A stretch of 63,711 bases of DNA, counting the filler, from Octopus bimaculoides (taxonomy: Eukaryota), in NCBI RefSeq assembly GCF_001194135.2. It is 7 parts of 7 records of this genome, joined end to end, with 100 filler letters (N's around TTAATTAATTAA, not from the genome) between each part and the next. Parts side by side here need not be neighbours in the genome. Positions count along the whole stretch, not along the records: positions 60,052 to 63,711 come from NC_069002.1; 6 more parts are not named here. One strand, 5' to 3'. Shown piece by piece: positions 63,086 through 63,711 of this stretch. The notes beneath the pieces are model-generated. The model did no database searches. It worked only from the letters and a program-made list of their open reading frames with translations, and was not told the origin of the DNA. The first letter of the stretch is position 1. Each line of letters opens with the position of its first letter. The translations under genes were made by a program, and so were the position numbers.

Positions 63086-63567
63086 AAGTCATTTGGAATA
63101 ATTTAATTAGGGTAAAATGAATTTGAAGTCTTACAGCCGTTTCTGGGATAACCCGAGTGTTTGGTTAGAATGTCCACGCACTAGGTATTCCGTCATCAGA
63201 GACAAGGTATGAATATTTTAGACAGGGAAATTTTTTACAGTTAGCAAGGAATAAAATATATGCACAGTTTATAAGGAATAAAATAGAAGAATAAAGGAGT
63301 AAATACAAGAATAATGATTAAAGATGGATTACAAGCAGGAGAGTAATAATGTTATTTTCCCGCCTGTGTTCTACCTTTACTCTTTATTCTTCCATTTTAT
63401 TCCTTATAAACTGTGAATATAGTTTCCCTGTCAAAAATATTCATACCTTGTCTCTGATGACGGATTACCCAGTGCATGGACATGCTAACCTACCATTTCG
63501 GTTATCCCAGAAACGGCTGCAAGACTTCAAATTCATCTTACCGTAATTAAATTATTCTAAATGACTT
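63086..63567. mobile_element. About 480-bp foldback made of two diverged inverted copies of a repeat, each arm carrying a hammerhead-like motif
   Basis: Arms 63086-63302 and 63376-63567 are reverse complements. Motifs lie at 63128-63203 (minus) and 63450-63525 (plus). Confidence 0.85.
63128..63203 (-). ncRNA. Type-I hammerhead-like motif with long stem II; core and GUA site intact
   Basis: GTCT-CTGATGA-C-GGAATACC...GGTTATCC-CA-GAAAC-GGCT-GTA-AGAC. The plus-arm copy has GCA instead of GTA. Confidence 0.55.
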
Positions 63568-63711
63568 GATATACTCGTTCTGCCTTGGGTTTTGATTTTA
63601 CCTGATAATACACACTCGAACACATATACATATGCATATATATATACATGCACACACATGTACATATATATATGTGTCTGTGTGTATATACACACATACA
63701 TACATATATAT

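Overview
Eukaryotic, AT-rich, repeat-dominated DNA with roughly 4 kb of N gaps. The SINE families and the microsatellite load look like an octopus (coleoid cephalopod) draft assembly; this is recognised from memory, not from a search. I find no intact cellular protein-coding gene, and nearly all listed ORFs are microsatellite or gap artefacts. The window is a transposon graveyard. It holds an internally deleted Gmr1-type Gypsy element (LTR, tRNA-Pro PBS, protease followed directly by integrase) inserted into a decayed Tx1/L1 LINE, and a Penelope remnant whose 5' part is inverted. It also holds several R4/Dong-type and RTE-type LINE ends, a Rep-less Helitron derivative, piggyBac-, hAT- and Kolobok-type MITEs, foldback elements and at least four tRNA-headed SINE families. 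The most interesting signal is a set of seven minimal type-I hammerhead-ribozyme-like motifs in five unrelated repeat contexts, with covarying stems. One context is a tRNA-headed SINE whose predicted Pol III transcript would run through the hammerhead, suggesting a Penelope-mobilised, ribozyme-bearing SINE. Nearly every copy carries a damaging substitution, so activity is inferred for the family consensus, not for these copies. A second oddity is a SINE array whose copies share the same 20-bp spacer.
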